Assembly: GCA_965222115.1 (NCBI GenBank)
Contig: CBDCTJ010000001.1
Coordinates: forward strand, 64,001 to 128,000
DNA length: 64,000 nt
Direction of reading: 5' to 3'
Source: Planctomycetota bacterium
Lineage (GTDB): Bacteria; Planctomycetota; PLA2; JAEUHO01
Shown here: positions 7,829 through 17,546 of the stretch, piece by piece
How positions within the stretch are numbered: position 1 is the first letter of the stretch
How the letters are laid out: each line of letters starts with the position of its first letter
The notes under the pieces: generated by a model
What the model was told of the DNA's origin: nothing
What the model saw: only the letters and a program-made list of their open reading frames with translations
The model's database searches: none
Program-made: the position numbers and the translations under genes

Positions 7829-9460
7829 ATGGCGAAAATCATAAGCAACGACATCAATGCCGACGACTACGACATCCGCAAGGAACACACGCGGGTGGCC
7901 TATCCCGATGTCGTGATCGGCGACAAACGACTCAACCGCGGCGTCGCCGAGATTCGCATCAGCGGCGAGATTGAGTCCGACGCCACGCGCACGGTGCGAA
8001 AGGCATGGAACGACGCGCTCTTTCCGAGCACGTTGGATCGAGAGGCCCCGGTCATCTTTCTTGGATGGCCAACACACGGTCCGTTTGTGTCTGCACCGCA
8101 TGGAGTCTATTTCGATGGCTACTTGGCGGTCGCGCAAAAAGTGCTCGACGAGCGTCACCCGCGTTTCAAAAAAATGCTTCACGATTTGGAAGACGCGGGC
8201 GTCATGTTGCGGCGCGAAATCGCTACCGACGACTACCTCGCTCGCGATCCCGAAAACTTGGTTCGCACCCCTGCCGATCTTGCGGAATTGTGGGATCGCA
8301 CCCTTAGCGAGCGCTGGCCTATTAATGGCGGGTACGACACGTTCTTTAGTAGCAGCGGCGCTGAGGCCGGTGAAGCAGCGATCAAGCTCGCCTTTCAAGT
8401 CAAGTACAAGACGTTTCTGGAGCAGTTTGGCGAAGCAACGTTCAAGAAGGTCCAATTCGAACTCGGCCACAAGCCGATTCCCTACTTCGATCGCGACACC
8501 GCGCTCACCGACCACACGGTGTACGACGACTACCCATTTGCGCTCATTGGATGTGAAGGCGCCTTCCATGGGCGCACGCACGGAGTCCTGTCGCTCACGT
8601 GCAGCAAGCGCGCGCATCGCCTCTCCTACCCACACCTTTGGCAGGTCTACGCGACACCGTTTAACGCGTCCGATGAGGACGTGCGTGCCCTCATCGATTG
8701 GCGCGACCTCAAGGAGATACTAAACATCCCAGGAGAGCTGCGGCGTGTCATGCGCGACGAGCGAATGATCCCCAAGGATTTGCTCGCAGGCTGCATGGCC
8801 GAACCTTTCCAAGGTGAGGGCGGCTACGTACCGGCCACACCGGAGTTCTTCGGATCGTTGCGACGCGTGTGCGACGAGGCAGGCGCCCTACTTATCACCG
8901 ATGAGGTGCAGACCATTGCGCGCACGGGCAAGTTGCTGATGACCGAGCATCTCGGCGTACGGCCCGACGTAGTATGTACGGCCAAAAGCATGGTGATTGG
9001 TACCACCGTCGCTCCGTCACGGCTTGCGAAGTATTGTCACAATGGCTGGCACAGCAATACATGGGGATCGGGTCGCGTATTCGATACGAACTTTGCCTAT
9101 CACACCTTGGATACGATTCTGCATCACAAGGATCCCGTCTTCGGCGGCTTGACGTACATTCAAAATGCTGAGGTCAAGGGGCGCTATCTAAAGGAAGGCC
9201 TGGAACGACTTCAAAAGAAGCACCCCGACCTACTTGTAGGTCAGCGTGGATACGGATTGATGCGCGCCATACTTGTGAAGCGCCGCGAAGAAGTGTTGGC
9301 GGCGGCCTGGAAACGTGGCCTCAAGCTCTTGGGTTGCGGCTGGAAGGGCGAAGTTTCGGGCATTCGCCTACTCATGCTGGCAGACACGCTTGCGCGCGAG
9401 GTCGACGCGTTCTTGCATGCGTTCGATCTCGCGTTGAGCGACGTAGCCTCGACGTCTTGA
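7829..9460 (+). CDS. Class III PLP-dependent aminotransferase
   Basis: SSGAEAGEAAIKLA, GAFHGRT, EPFQGEGG, LITDEVQT..RTG, catalytic Lys in CTAKS. Confidence 0.92.
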   Translation: MAKIISNDINADDYDIRKEHTRVAYPDVVIGDKRLNRGVAEIRISGEIESDATRTVRKAWNDALFPSTLDREAPVIFLGWPTHGPFVSAPHGVYFDGYLAVAQKVLDERHPRFKKMLHDLEDAGVMLRREIATDDYLARDPENLVRTPADLAELWDRTLSERWPINGGYDTFFSSSGAEAGEAAIKLAFQVKYKTFLEQFGEATFKKVQFELGHKPIPYFDRDTALTDHTVYDDYPFALIGCEGAFHGRTHGVLSLTCSKRAHRLSYPHLWQVYATPFNASDEDVRALIDWRDLKEILNIPGELRRVMRDERMIPKDLLAGCMAEPFQGEGGYVPATPEFFGSLRRVCDEAGALLITDEVQTIARTGKLLMTEHLGVRPDVVCTAKSMVIGTTVAPSRLAKYCHNGWHSNTWGSGRVFDTNFAYHTLDTILHHKDPVFGGLTYIQNAEVKGRYLKEGLERLQKKHPDLLVGQRGYGLMRAILVKRREEVLAAAWKRGLKLLGCGWKGEVSGIRLLMLADTLAREVDAFLHAFDLALSDVASTS

Positions 9461-9531
9461 CGAATCGCGGCCCGCGTTACGCCCAATAACCGACAATTGA
9501 AGACCAACGCTTGAGTATTCATACTCACGCG

Positions 9532-10572
9532 CTAGTTCTTGTTGCGCAACAGCTCCACGATTTCGCGCTGCAGCGAACTGTATGCACGCGGATGGGGTCG
9601 ATCGGAACTTGCCTCGGCCTTTTCGACCCATGATCGAAACGCAGGACCCTGTAACCCGTACCAGCGCCGCCTGGCAAACTCGCTCAGCGTACGAATCAAT
9701 GCTGGGGATGACGGCCGAGTTTCTCGTAGCGCGAGTTCGCGGTTGCTTGTGCGCCACAGGGAGACGAGATTGGCGACACGAAGCGTTCGCGCCGCCAAGC
9801 GCGTTTTGAGCACGTAGTCGGTCTCCTTGCCGTTCCATGTCGAGCGAAAGAGAAGCGCGGGATAGTCGAGTCGAGCGAGCCACGAAGTCCCGTCAGCGTC
9901 CTTGACGATCTGAGCATCCAAATCAATCACCTGTTCGTCGCTCGCCACGATCGATTCCAACTGTTCGCTGCGGTCCCCGCCGAATGCCAAAACGGCGTCA
10001 TCCATAAATGTGTAGTTGGCGCTGGAAAGGGCGCCAAGGATAAAGACGCCGCGACATCGATCGATCGGTACTTCTCGTAGTAGCCGTTGAATGGCGGTGG
10101 ACGGATCCTCGGGACCATGGGCCGCGACCAACAACAGGTCTAGCGCTCCACCTGGATCGGTGCGTTCTCCTGACTGGCGTACGACCTCCAACCATGTCGC
10201 CAGGCGCGTGGCCGCCAAGCTCGTCGATGCCGACGGAGCCGTCGCAAGGACAAGCGCAAACGGATCGGTCGCCGTGGAAGGTTTGTCCGGGGCACTCGCA
10301 ACCCACGCCATATACGTGGTGCGAATACCTTCTTCATCGTCGCTCTGCTCAAACCAATCGCTGCTACCGGGAGCCATAGAAGCGCCTGCCAGCTTCAGCT
10401 CATTTGAGACATAGACGATAGCGTGATCCTGATCGTCGCCTGCCTCCAAGAACTCCTGCACCATGGCCTGATCGTGATCGATTCGACGTGCCATCGCTTC
10501 GATATCTGCTTGCTCTGCTGCTGTCCAAGATGCGTGGTGCGCGTCGGCGGCATCCCGCATCAAGAACCACAT
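9532..10572 (-). CDS. Exported/membrane-anchored protein, possibly degenerate M28 peptidase-like fold
   Basis: Long ORF with alternating beta/alpha pattern (LDLLLVAAHGPED, GVFILGAL, YPALLF); true start uncertain because a hydrophobic helix extends upstream to about 10615 without a canonical start codon. Confidence 0.5.
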   Translation of the reverse strand: MWFLMRDAADAHHASWTAAEQADIEAMARRIDHDQAMVQEFLEAGDDQDHAIVYVSNELKLAGASMAPGSSDWFEQSDDEEGIRTTYMAWVASAPDKPSTATDPFALVLATAPSASTSLAATRLATWLEVVRQSGERTDPGGALDLLLVAAHGPEDPSTAIQRLLREVPIDRCRGVFILGALSSANYTFMDDAVLAFGGDRSEQLESIVASDEQVIDLDAQIVKDADGTSWLARLDYPALLFRSTWNGKETDYVLKTRLAARTLRVANLVSLWRTSNRELALRETRPSSPALIRTLSEFARRRWYGLQGPAFRSWVEKAEASSDRPHPRAYSSLQREIVELLRNKN

Positions 10573-10712
10573 CGAAAGAACCGTGAGAGCTACGGCAGCA
10601 ACCGCGATGCAAAATCTTCCCCCAACCCGAACGCCTGCGAAAACGATCGAAGGTGTTTCGTCAGTCGCTGCGGCTCTTCCGCGGAGGACTGATTGCTTAC
10701 CCGCGTGGAACG

Positions 10713-11699
10713 CTATTTCGTCCTCTTTTTCTTCTTCAAGTGACCGCGCTTGATGAGTTCTTTGTTTTCGTCGATCCAGGTTTTTAGAGCTTTGGGCTTG
10801 ACGATCGGCTCGCCGGTAATGGCTTTCACGGCCGATACCATTGCCTTGTACGCATTGGGCCGCGCGCGTTTGGCTCGACGACCGTACTTCGCTTTCCATT
10901 TGGCTTTGGCAGCTTTCGCGTCTTTGTTGCCGGCGGCGCCCGTGTCTACCGTGACAGAACCACCCGCCCAGGATGCACCGTCGGGATAATAGTGATACCA
11001 CTCCAGAATAATGGGGAGCGCGCGATACTCCTTCGTTCGTTCGCAGAACTGAATCATCGCGATGCAGACATCGTCATTGTTGTGGTGAATGAACCCTTTG
11101 ACGATATCCCATGCCTCCCGGTAATCGAGGCGATTGAGGCTGCTAATCGCGTTCGTGAGTACACGGGCCTCGATGATCTGCTCGGCCTCTTCGTCTTCGT
11201 TGGCAAACTCGGGCTTGTTGCCATACTCCTTATACTTCTTAAGCCCGGCGACGAGTACACGTGCTGCTTTACCGGCACTCTGATGCTGATGGCCCAAGCC
11301 TTCCGCCGCAGCCGCCTTCAATTCGTTGTCTTTCTCCTTTCGAAAGACCTTGGTCAGCGTCTTGAGCACACGCGAATGGCGATAGTTGCCCAACCACCGG
11401 AGAATGCGAATGCGGCGATCCATATCCTCCGACTTGTAGTCACTGTCGAAGCGTAGATAGGCCTCCTTCACCTGTTCGTCGGTGTGGGGGCGCGTGTCGC
11501 GAACGACAGGCTTGGGAGCTTCTTTCTTCGCGTCGTCTTTTTTCGCGCCCTCCTTTTGGGCGTCAGCCGACTTTCCGGCATCCGGCGATTCTTTGGCGTA
11601 GGCGAACGGCGATATGGGCGCCGAGACGATGAACGATGCCGCCAGCACGATGGTGGCGATCCGGGCCGCTACCGACTGAGCAAAGTGAGGGCGTTCCAT
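10713..11699 (-). CDS. Secreted HEAT-repeat protein
   Basis: Signal peptide ending AYA-K; helical repeats (LKAAAAEGLG, AISSLNRL, RALPIILEW). Confidence 0.75.
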   Translation of the reverse strand: MERPHFAQSVAARIATIVLAASFIVSAPISPFAYAKESPDAGKSADAQKEGAKKDDAKKEAPKPVVRDTRPHTDEQVKEAYLRFDSDYKSEDMDRRIRILRWLGNYRHSRVLKTLTKVFRKEKDNELKAAAAEGLGHQHQSAGKAARVLVAGLKKYKEYGNKPEFANEDEEAEQIIEARVLTNAISSLNRLDYREAWDIVKGFIHHNNDDVCIAMIQFCERTKEYRALPIILEWYHYYPDGASWAGGSVTVDTGAAGNKDAKAAKAKWKAKYGRRAKRARPNAYKAMVSAVKAITGEPIVKPKALKTWIDENKELIKRGHLKKKKRTK

Positions 11700-11837
11700 G
11701 AGCATCTCCTAACGGGTCTGGCATCGTAGCACGCACCAGAAAATCTCAGGCGGTGCGCGACAAGACCGGGCGTAGAGTTGAGCCAAACGCGATGAAACCG
11801 GGCCTTCCGGGATTCGCGCCACACGGCTGGAGTCGCC

Positions 11838-12293
11838 ATGGCTGAGTTTGCCCGTTCCCCGTCAAGTTGGGCCACACGCCTCACGCTGGTACTGGTCGTG
11901 GGGATGCTGTGGGGATGCCAGAACACCCCCGGGGACTCATCGAGCGATTCGGACTCACCTTCCATCGGTTCGCGGGCACGCGCAAAAGGCACACGCACAA
12001 AAGACAAAGGTACGTTCGACAATCATGCCAGCCCGCTCCGGCTTGCTGAGATTGAGGCCGTTCGGGAGCGCCTGCGGCGAGAGCGCCAGGCCAACCCCAA
12101 TGTCGACCTCCCGAGTGTGGATGACGAGGATGCGGAGTGCGCCCATGTGTGGGAGCAGATCGGCAGCCACCCGTGGCGCAAGCCGGGCATGGGCGGCGTT
12201 CCGATGATGGCGATGTGCGCCATCAGTCGCTGCACCAAGTGCGGAAAGATTCGCCACGAGTGCCAGCAGAAACGAAGAACACGGCGGAAGTAG
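11838..12293 (+). CDS. Putative lipoprotein with C-terminal Cys/His zinc-ribbon-like motif
   Basis: Lipobox LWG-C; CAHVW...CAISRCTKCGKIRHEC. Confidence 0.7.
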   Translation: MAEFARSPSSWATRLTLVLVVGMLWGCQNTPGDSSSDSDSPSIGSRARAKGTRTKDKGTFDNHASPLRLAEIEAVRERLRRERQANPNVDLPSVDDEDAECAHVWEQIGSHPWRKPGMGGVPMMAMCAISRCTKCGKIRHECQQKRRTRRK

Positions 12294-12347
12294 CGATCAC
12301 GTGGGATCTGCGCGCGGTCGCTGCCGCGCCCGTACACTACGCGTCTG

Positions 12348-13445
12348 ATGTCCGCCCCATCTGCCCCCACAGCACCCTCATCGAACGCAAAACCATGGCG
12401 CGATTCCCGTGCACTCACGGAGCGGGTGTTTCACATGGGGCAAGAACTTCGAGACGGCCTTGCCACGCGCATTGTGGGGCTTGATCGCGTCGTCGATCAA
12501 GTGCTCACGTCGCTGTTGACGAGCCAACACACGTTGCTCGAAGGTGTGCCGGGCCTTGCCAAGACATTGCTGCTGTCATCGGTCGCAGAGTTGCTCGATC
12601 TCTCCTTCTCTCGAATCCAGTTTACGCCCGATCTCATGCCGTCCGATGTGACGGGCAGCGAGTACCTCATTCAAGATCCGGTGACCGGCGAGCGATCGTT
12701 CCGCTTCTCGCGCGGCCCACTCTTTGCCCACATTGTATTGGCCGACGAAATCAACCGCGCGCCGCCAAAGACGCAGGCCGCATTGATGGAAGCGATGGAA
12801 GAGTCGCAAGTCACAAGCCTGGGCAAGCAGTACGACTTGGAAGAACCGTTCGTCGTGCTCGCCACGCAAAACCCCATCGAGCAAGAAGGCACCTACGAAC
12901 TGCCATTCGCGCAGCTCGATCGTTTCCTGTTCAAGGTTCACTTGCGATATCCGTCGTTCAGTGACGAAGCTGCGATTGCTCGGTTGTCCGCCCGTGCGTG
13001 GCCTCGAACACTCGCACCGATCGTGAGCCGCAATGAGTTTCTGGAAATTGTGCGCGGCATCGAGTCCCTTGACGTGCCAGCCTCCATCTTGCGCTATGCC
13101 GTTGAACTCGCGCAGGCCACACGTCCCGGTCAGCCCGGCGCCAGCCCATCGGTGACCGAATACGTCGAGTGGGGCGCCGGTCCGCGCGCCGCCCAAGCGC
13201 TGGTCATTGCAGCGCGTGCTCACGCGTGCCTTCACGGTCGTGCCGTTGCCACCATCGACGACGTGCGTGAAGTCGCCCCATCCGTGTTCCGCCATCGCCT
13301 GGTGATGACCTTCGCCGCCCAAGCCGACGACATGACCACCGATTCCGTCGTCCAGGCCATGCTCCGCGAAGTCGGCGCCCCCGGCCGCGACACACGCCCT
13401 CCCGCCAAAGAATCATGGCTGCGGCGGTTGTGGAAGAGTGCCTAA
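12348..13445 (+). CDS. MoxR-family AAA+ ATPase
   Basis: LLEGVPGLAKT, RIQFTPDLMPSD, LADEINRAPPKTQAAL, ATQNPIEQEGTY.LP.AQLDRF. Confidence 0.96.
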   Translation: MSAPSAPTAPSSNAKPWRDSRALTERVFHMGQELRDGLATRIVGLDRVVDQVLTSLLTSQHTLLEGVPGLAKTLLLSSVAELLDLSFSRIQFTPDLMPSDVTGSEYLIQDPVTGERSFRFSRGPLFAHIVLADEINRAPPKTQAALMEAMEESQVTSLGKQYDLEEPFVVLATQNPIEQEGTYELPFAQLDRFLFKVHLRYPSFSDEAAIARLSARAWPRTLAPIVSRNEFLEIVRGIESLDVPASILRYAVELAQATRPGQPGASPSVTEYVEWGAGPRAAQALVIAARAHACLHGRAVATIDDVREVAPSVFRHRLVMTFAAQADDMTTDSVVQAMLREVGAPGRDTRPPAKESWLRRLWKSA

Positions 13446-14479
13446 CGAAGGAGCGACACGGCACGATCCACAAGCGTGTCGATGGGGAGCTTGTTCATAC
13501 AAGGATGCGGCAGCGGTTCTTCGATAGGACAGGTGCGGCGGTGGCACCCTAGGCATTCGAGCGACTCGTTACGGATTACGGTTGCGGTTGAATGCTCGCT
13601 CCACGCAGGGTCCGTAGGTCCCATCCACACCAACGTAGGTACGCCCAAGGCTTCTGCAATATGCCTGGGCCCCGCATCGGTTGTCGCCATCAATGCAGAA
13701 CGCGCGAGGAGCCCTTTGAGTTCGCCAATGTCGGGTGGCGATTCATGAGTAGACACACGCGAACCTGATAAACGATCGGCGATGGACTTACAGATGGATG
13801 TCTCGGTGGGACCGCACAGTAGGAGCGGCGTCACGTCTACACTCGCTGCGAGTCGATTGAGGAAGGATGCGATGCGATCGGGCGCGAGCACTTTGCTTGC
13901 ACCAAAGGCTGCCCCGGCATTGACAGCCACAAGGGGACGATCCGATGGCACGTGGGCAAGTCGAATATCGGCGCGTTCGCAATCGTAGGGCTCCGTGACG
14001 AGCAGGGGCGCGCCCTCCGTGGTTGCACCAAAGGGCCGAACAAGATCCGCATAGTGCGAAACCATGGAACGCGGTTTCAACGCGCCCCGTTCGTCGAGGG
14101 GTACGTCAATGACATGGGTCATTAGCGCGGCACGTTTTTGAATTCCTGTGCCGACACGAATCGCAATGCCTGCGACGCGCGCGGCAAGCGCAGACCGTGC
14201 CGAGTTGGGGAGCAAGAGTGCCGCGTCGCAGTCGAGATGACGAAGCACTTTCTTGGCACGCCAGGGCGAACGTATCCCGCTAACCAACCGCCCGGCCATC
14301 GACACAACGCCATCGCGATGTTTGAGACCCGCGAGCGCGGCCAACGGTGCACGTGCTCCGCTCCACAAGATCGTGGCCTCGGGCAGTGCGTTTCGAAGTG
14401 CGCGAAGGGCGGGCGTTGCCATTACCGCGTCGCCAAGCGGCGTAGGCAAAAACACCAGCAGGCGCTTGACGCGCGTCAA
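13442..14479 (-). CDS. waaF: LPS heptosyltransferase II-like (GT9)
   Basis: LGDAVMATP, NAGAAFGASK, TTDAGPRHIA, GPTDP, C-terminal Cys cluster; start approximate. Confidence 0.88.
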   Translation of the reverse strand: MTRVKRLLVFLPTPLGDAVMATPALRALRNALPEATILWSGARAPLAALAGLKHRDGVVSMAGRLVSGIRSPWRAKKVLRHLDCDAALLLPNSARSALAARVAGIAIRVGTGIQKRAALMTHVIDVPLDERGALKPRSMVSHYADLVRPFGATTEGAPLLVTEPYDCERADIRLAHVPSDRPLVAVNAGAAFGASKVLAPDRIASFLNRLAASVDVTPLLLCGPTETSICKSIADRLSGSRVSTHESPPDIGELKGLLARSALMATTDAGPRHIAEALGVPTLVWMGPTDPAWSEHSTATVIRNESLECLGCHRRTCPIEEPLPHPCMNKLPIDTLVDRAVSLLR

Positions 14480-14508
14480 CTCGCTCGGCGCGGACTCGGT
14501 GCTCGCAA

Positions 14509-15513
14509 TTAGTCGTCCCAAAGTGCCGCCACTGTATCGACGACGCGATCTGACCACGCCTGAACCGACCAGCGTTCGCGCACCACGCGCTGTCCCTCGC
14601 GGCCCATCCGTTCGCGAAGGGCCTCATCGCGCATCAATGTCAAAATGCCCGTTAGCAACTCCTCATGATCACCAACGAGGAACCCGGTCTCGCCCTCCAC
14701 GACCTGCTCGGCCTGCACACCCACCGCCGCGGCGACGACCGGGCGACCCACGGCCATCATCTGCAACACGCGCAAGCCACACTTTCCTCGCGTCCAGGGG
14801 TCATCGGGCAGTGGCGCCAAACCAATGTGGATGTCGGTGAGATGATGACGCCAGGTATCCAACTGCCACGGAACAAAGTCAACGGCAATGCCCGGCGGCA
14901 TATCGGGCGCAACATCAGCAATCGCGCGAAGTTTGACGGGGCGACCCGAGGCAACGATGGCGGAGAGCACAAGCGAGCGCGCCTCCAAATAGGGCATCGT
15001 CACGCTGGATCCAATCCACCCCAGGATCGGTACGTCCATCGGCGGTTCCGGTCGCCACGGTTCATGAGTCATGTCGACCGTGGTGGGCAGGATGAGACCC
15101 GGTTTACCAGCGCGAATGGCGAGACTTCGCAAGTAGGCATTCCCGCACGTGACCGCATCGGCGCGACGAACGATCGCCTTGAAACGACGCCATCGTGTGG
15201 CCGAACGCGCTGCGCCCCGCGCGGTATCGCGAAAGGGAAGCGCGTCATCGAAATCAAACAGGAGTCGATGCGCGTGACGACGAACGGTCAGCACATCGCG
15301 CCGCGCCAACAACCGTGACGAGACCACGACCGCATCGCCACTTGCGCATTGCCGAATGGAGGCCGCGCGAACCGCACGGTCTTTGGGCCACGGTGCAATT
15401 TGCATCACAATGCCCGCAGCGCCAAAGGCATCGCGGTAGGCGAGCCAGCGATGGCGCACAACGGGCCCGTCGGGATCCGACGTGAGCACAATCAGGAGCT
15501 TCGTTCCAGTCAC
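14509..15513 (-). CDS. Glycosyltransferase family 4
   Basis: FDFDDA, GWIGS, GLAPLPDDPWTRGKCG, GRPVVA..VG, GETGFL. Confidence 0.9.
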   Translation of the reverse strand: MTGTKLLIVLTSDPDGPVVRHRWLAYRDAFGAAGIVMQIAPWPKDRAVRAASIRQCASGDAVVVSSRLLARRDVLTVRRHAHRLLFDFDDALPFRDTARGAARSATRWRRFKAIVRRADAVTCGNAYLRSLAIRAGKPGLILPTTVDMTHEPWRPEPPMDVPILGWIGSSVTMPYLEARSLVLSAIVASGRPVKLRAIADVAPDMPPGIAVDFVPWQLDTWRHHLTDIHIGLAPLPDDPWTRGKCGLRVLQMMAVGRPVVAAAVGVQAEQVVEGETGFLVGDHEELLTGILTLMRDEALRERMGREGQRVVRERWSVQAWSDRVVDTVAALWDD

Positions 15514-15579
15514 TACGAAAGCCTATGCGTGCAGGTTCCATTTCGACGCATTTCATTTGTGTGGCGCACTCACCGGCAA

Positions 15580-16725
15580 CTACGCCTCAGGTAGCTCGGG
15601 ATAGTTGACGCAGATGTCCAACACGCGGTCGAGCGCGGTCGCCCATCGCTGGCGACGCGCAACGTAGCGCGCATCATCGGCCGTTACGGCTCGTAGCGCG
15701 TCATCGGCAAGCACGCCCATGGCAAAGGCGATTTGCTCGGGGTCCCCGGGCGTCTCCACCACGATCCCGCCACGTTGTCCCATGACATCGCGCACACCAT
15801 TCATCGGCGTCGTGATCACGGGTATGCCCATGCTAAGTGCTTCAAGACAGACCAAGCTACATGGATCAAACCACGTGGGATGCAAGAGCAGATCGGCGGC
15901 GGCATACATCGGACACAGATCATCCACCTCGCCCATCATGTGTACGCGCTCCCCCACACCCAGACTTCGAACAAGTTTACGCGTGGCGCGGCGGGGCAGT
16001 TGCCCCGCCATGATGAGATGTACAGGGCGACTGAAATCGCGCACACGCGGTTCCACCAATGTGCGAAGCGCCGTATGGGCTCCCTTGAGCGTCCAGTTGG
16101 AAGCGACAAAGAGCGCGATAATCGCATCGTCGATGCCCAACGATGTTCGCAGGGCTTTCCCTGAATCCGCATGATGCTCTGGATCAAAGTGGTCGCTGTC
16201 TACGCCATTGACCACGCAACGCGCTCGCTCCTTGAGCGCCGGATAGATCCCCACCATGCGCGTGAGTAGCATGGGCGAAACCGCAATCACCGACGGGCCC
16301 GTCGCACCGGCGAGCATGGCTTGCTCCGCCTCAACGAAGAACGCCTCCTTGCGACTTCCGCGCGCGGTTTGTGATACACCGTGTTCGCCTGCCAATGACT
16401 TGAGCTTGGCGTCGCGCGCATCCAGCACCAAGCCTCCATGAGGCATGAACACGTCGGCGCGAAGTGCATGGCGAATGGCAAAGACCACATCACAGTCCGC
16501 CGCCTTGAGTGCGGCGTGGCCATCCAACGCAAAGCATCGATCGCGCGCAGGTCGTCGCCGCGGCGCGCGAATCGTGACCGTCTCGATATCGCGCGGCCCG
16601 CCTCGATCGAGCGTTGCCAAACACACGTCCACATCGCGTTCCTTCGCTCGTCGCATGAGCGCAAGCGTGTGTCGCTCGGCGCCGCCCGCGCGACGCCAGC
16701 CATCGAGCAGTACACCGAGCTTCAC
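15580..16725 (-). CDS. Glycosyltransferase family 4 (WaaG-like)
   Basis: GGAER, NGVD...F, KGAH, YAAADLLLHPTWFDPCSLVCLEAL.MG.PVIT. Confidence 0.9.
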   Translation of the reverse strand: MKLGVLLDGWRRAGGAERHTLALMRRAKERDVDVCLATLDRGGPRDIETVTIRAPRRRPARDRCFALDGHAALKAADCDVVFAIRHALRADVFMPHGGLVLDARDAKLKSLAGEHGVSQTARGSRKEAFFVEAEQAMLAGATGPSVIAVSPMLLTRMVGIYPALKERARCVVNGVDSDHFDPEHHADSGKALRTSLGIDDAIIALFVASNWTLKGAHTALRTLVEPRVRDFSRPVHLIMAGQLPRRATRKLVRSLGVGERVHMMGEVDDLCPMYAAADLLLHPTWFDPCSLVCLEALSMGIPVITTPMNGVRDVMGQRGGIVVETPGDPEQIAFAMGVLADDALRAVTADDARYVARRQRWATALDRVLDICVNYPELPEA

Positions 16726-17546
16726 GGCGATGAGCCGTCCTTTGACGTGGGCCGCGCCGCATCCCCCACCGGCGTTTTGGGCACGTGCGCTCGTATGCGT
16801 TCAGCCTTGGCTTCGACTTTCTGGAGCAAGAGCGCGCCATACGCATCGATGCTCAAATGGCGATACGTCATATACGACGAGAGAAACCGTAGTCGATTGG
16901 TGCGCCGCACACCGGCGTCCAGGGCACTGGCAAGCAGCGCCGCGAGGTCCTTCACCACGTAGCGACCCATCGCGCCCTTATGTTCCCCATAGCGCTCCCA
17001 ATCAATGATCGTTGGCTCGGGATGGTCCTGATGCGGGTCAACATATATGTGATTGAGGTAGAGATCGCGATGATGTAATCCGGCGTTATGCAATGCGGCA
17101 GCCGCACGCGCCAAGTGAAAGAGCGTGGCACGTCGTTGCGACCGATTCAAACGACGTTCGCGTACAAGTTGGTCGAGCGGAACGCCAGCTTCAACGGCGC
17201 GGGTCATGGTCAATGCACCCAGTTTCTTGTCCACGCCGCTGCACACAAGCGTGGGCACACGTACACCGACGCGCCTTGCCGCGTGAATTCCTTCGGCTTC
17301 CAATGCGGTTCCGGGTGCCTTGGATCGAAACAAACCCCGTTGCGGCTTGCGAAGTTTTAGATGCAGCGTGAGGCGAGTTCCGTCCGGGAGTGAAGCTTCG
17401 CACTCGTAATTTGCGCGGTCATCAATATCGCGAATGCATGAAGACGACGCGATGAGTTCCGCCATGGACGAGATCGTGGGAGCCAATGCTGCTTGCACCG
17501 CTTCGTCATACCAGGTGAGATCGCCGGTTCGTTGTGTGGGGCTCAT
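16722..17546 (-). CDS. LPS core kinase (Kdo/WaaP family)
   Basis: LHNAGLHHRDLYLNHI, IIDWER, KDLAAL. Confidence 0.88.
   Translation of the reverse strand: MSPTQRTGDLTWYDEAVQAALAPTISSMAELIASSSCIRDIDDRANYECEASLPDGTRLTLHLKLRKPQRGLFRSKAPGTALEAEGIHAARRVGVRVPTLVCSGVDKKLGALTMTRAVEAGVPLDQLVRERRLNRSQRRATLFHLARAAAALHNAGLHHRDLYLNHIYVDPHQDHPEPTIIDWERYGEHKGAMGRYVVKDLAALLASALDAGVRRTNRLRFLSSYMTYRHLSIDAYGALLLQKVEAKAERIRAHVPKTPVGDAARPTSKDGSSP

Noticed and set aside
10713-11001. Long N-terminal extension of the 9532-11001 ORF
   Set aside because: Overlaps the HEAT gene in another frame and reads as non-protein-like
13500-13560. CxxCH heme-binding motif (CLGCH) in the GT9 protein
   Set aside because: Part of the usual C-terminal Cys cluster of cytoplasmic WaaF-like enzymes; no export signal
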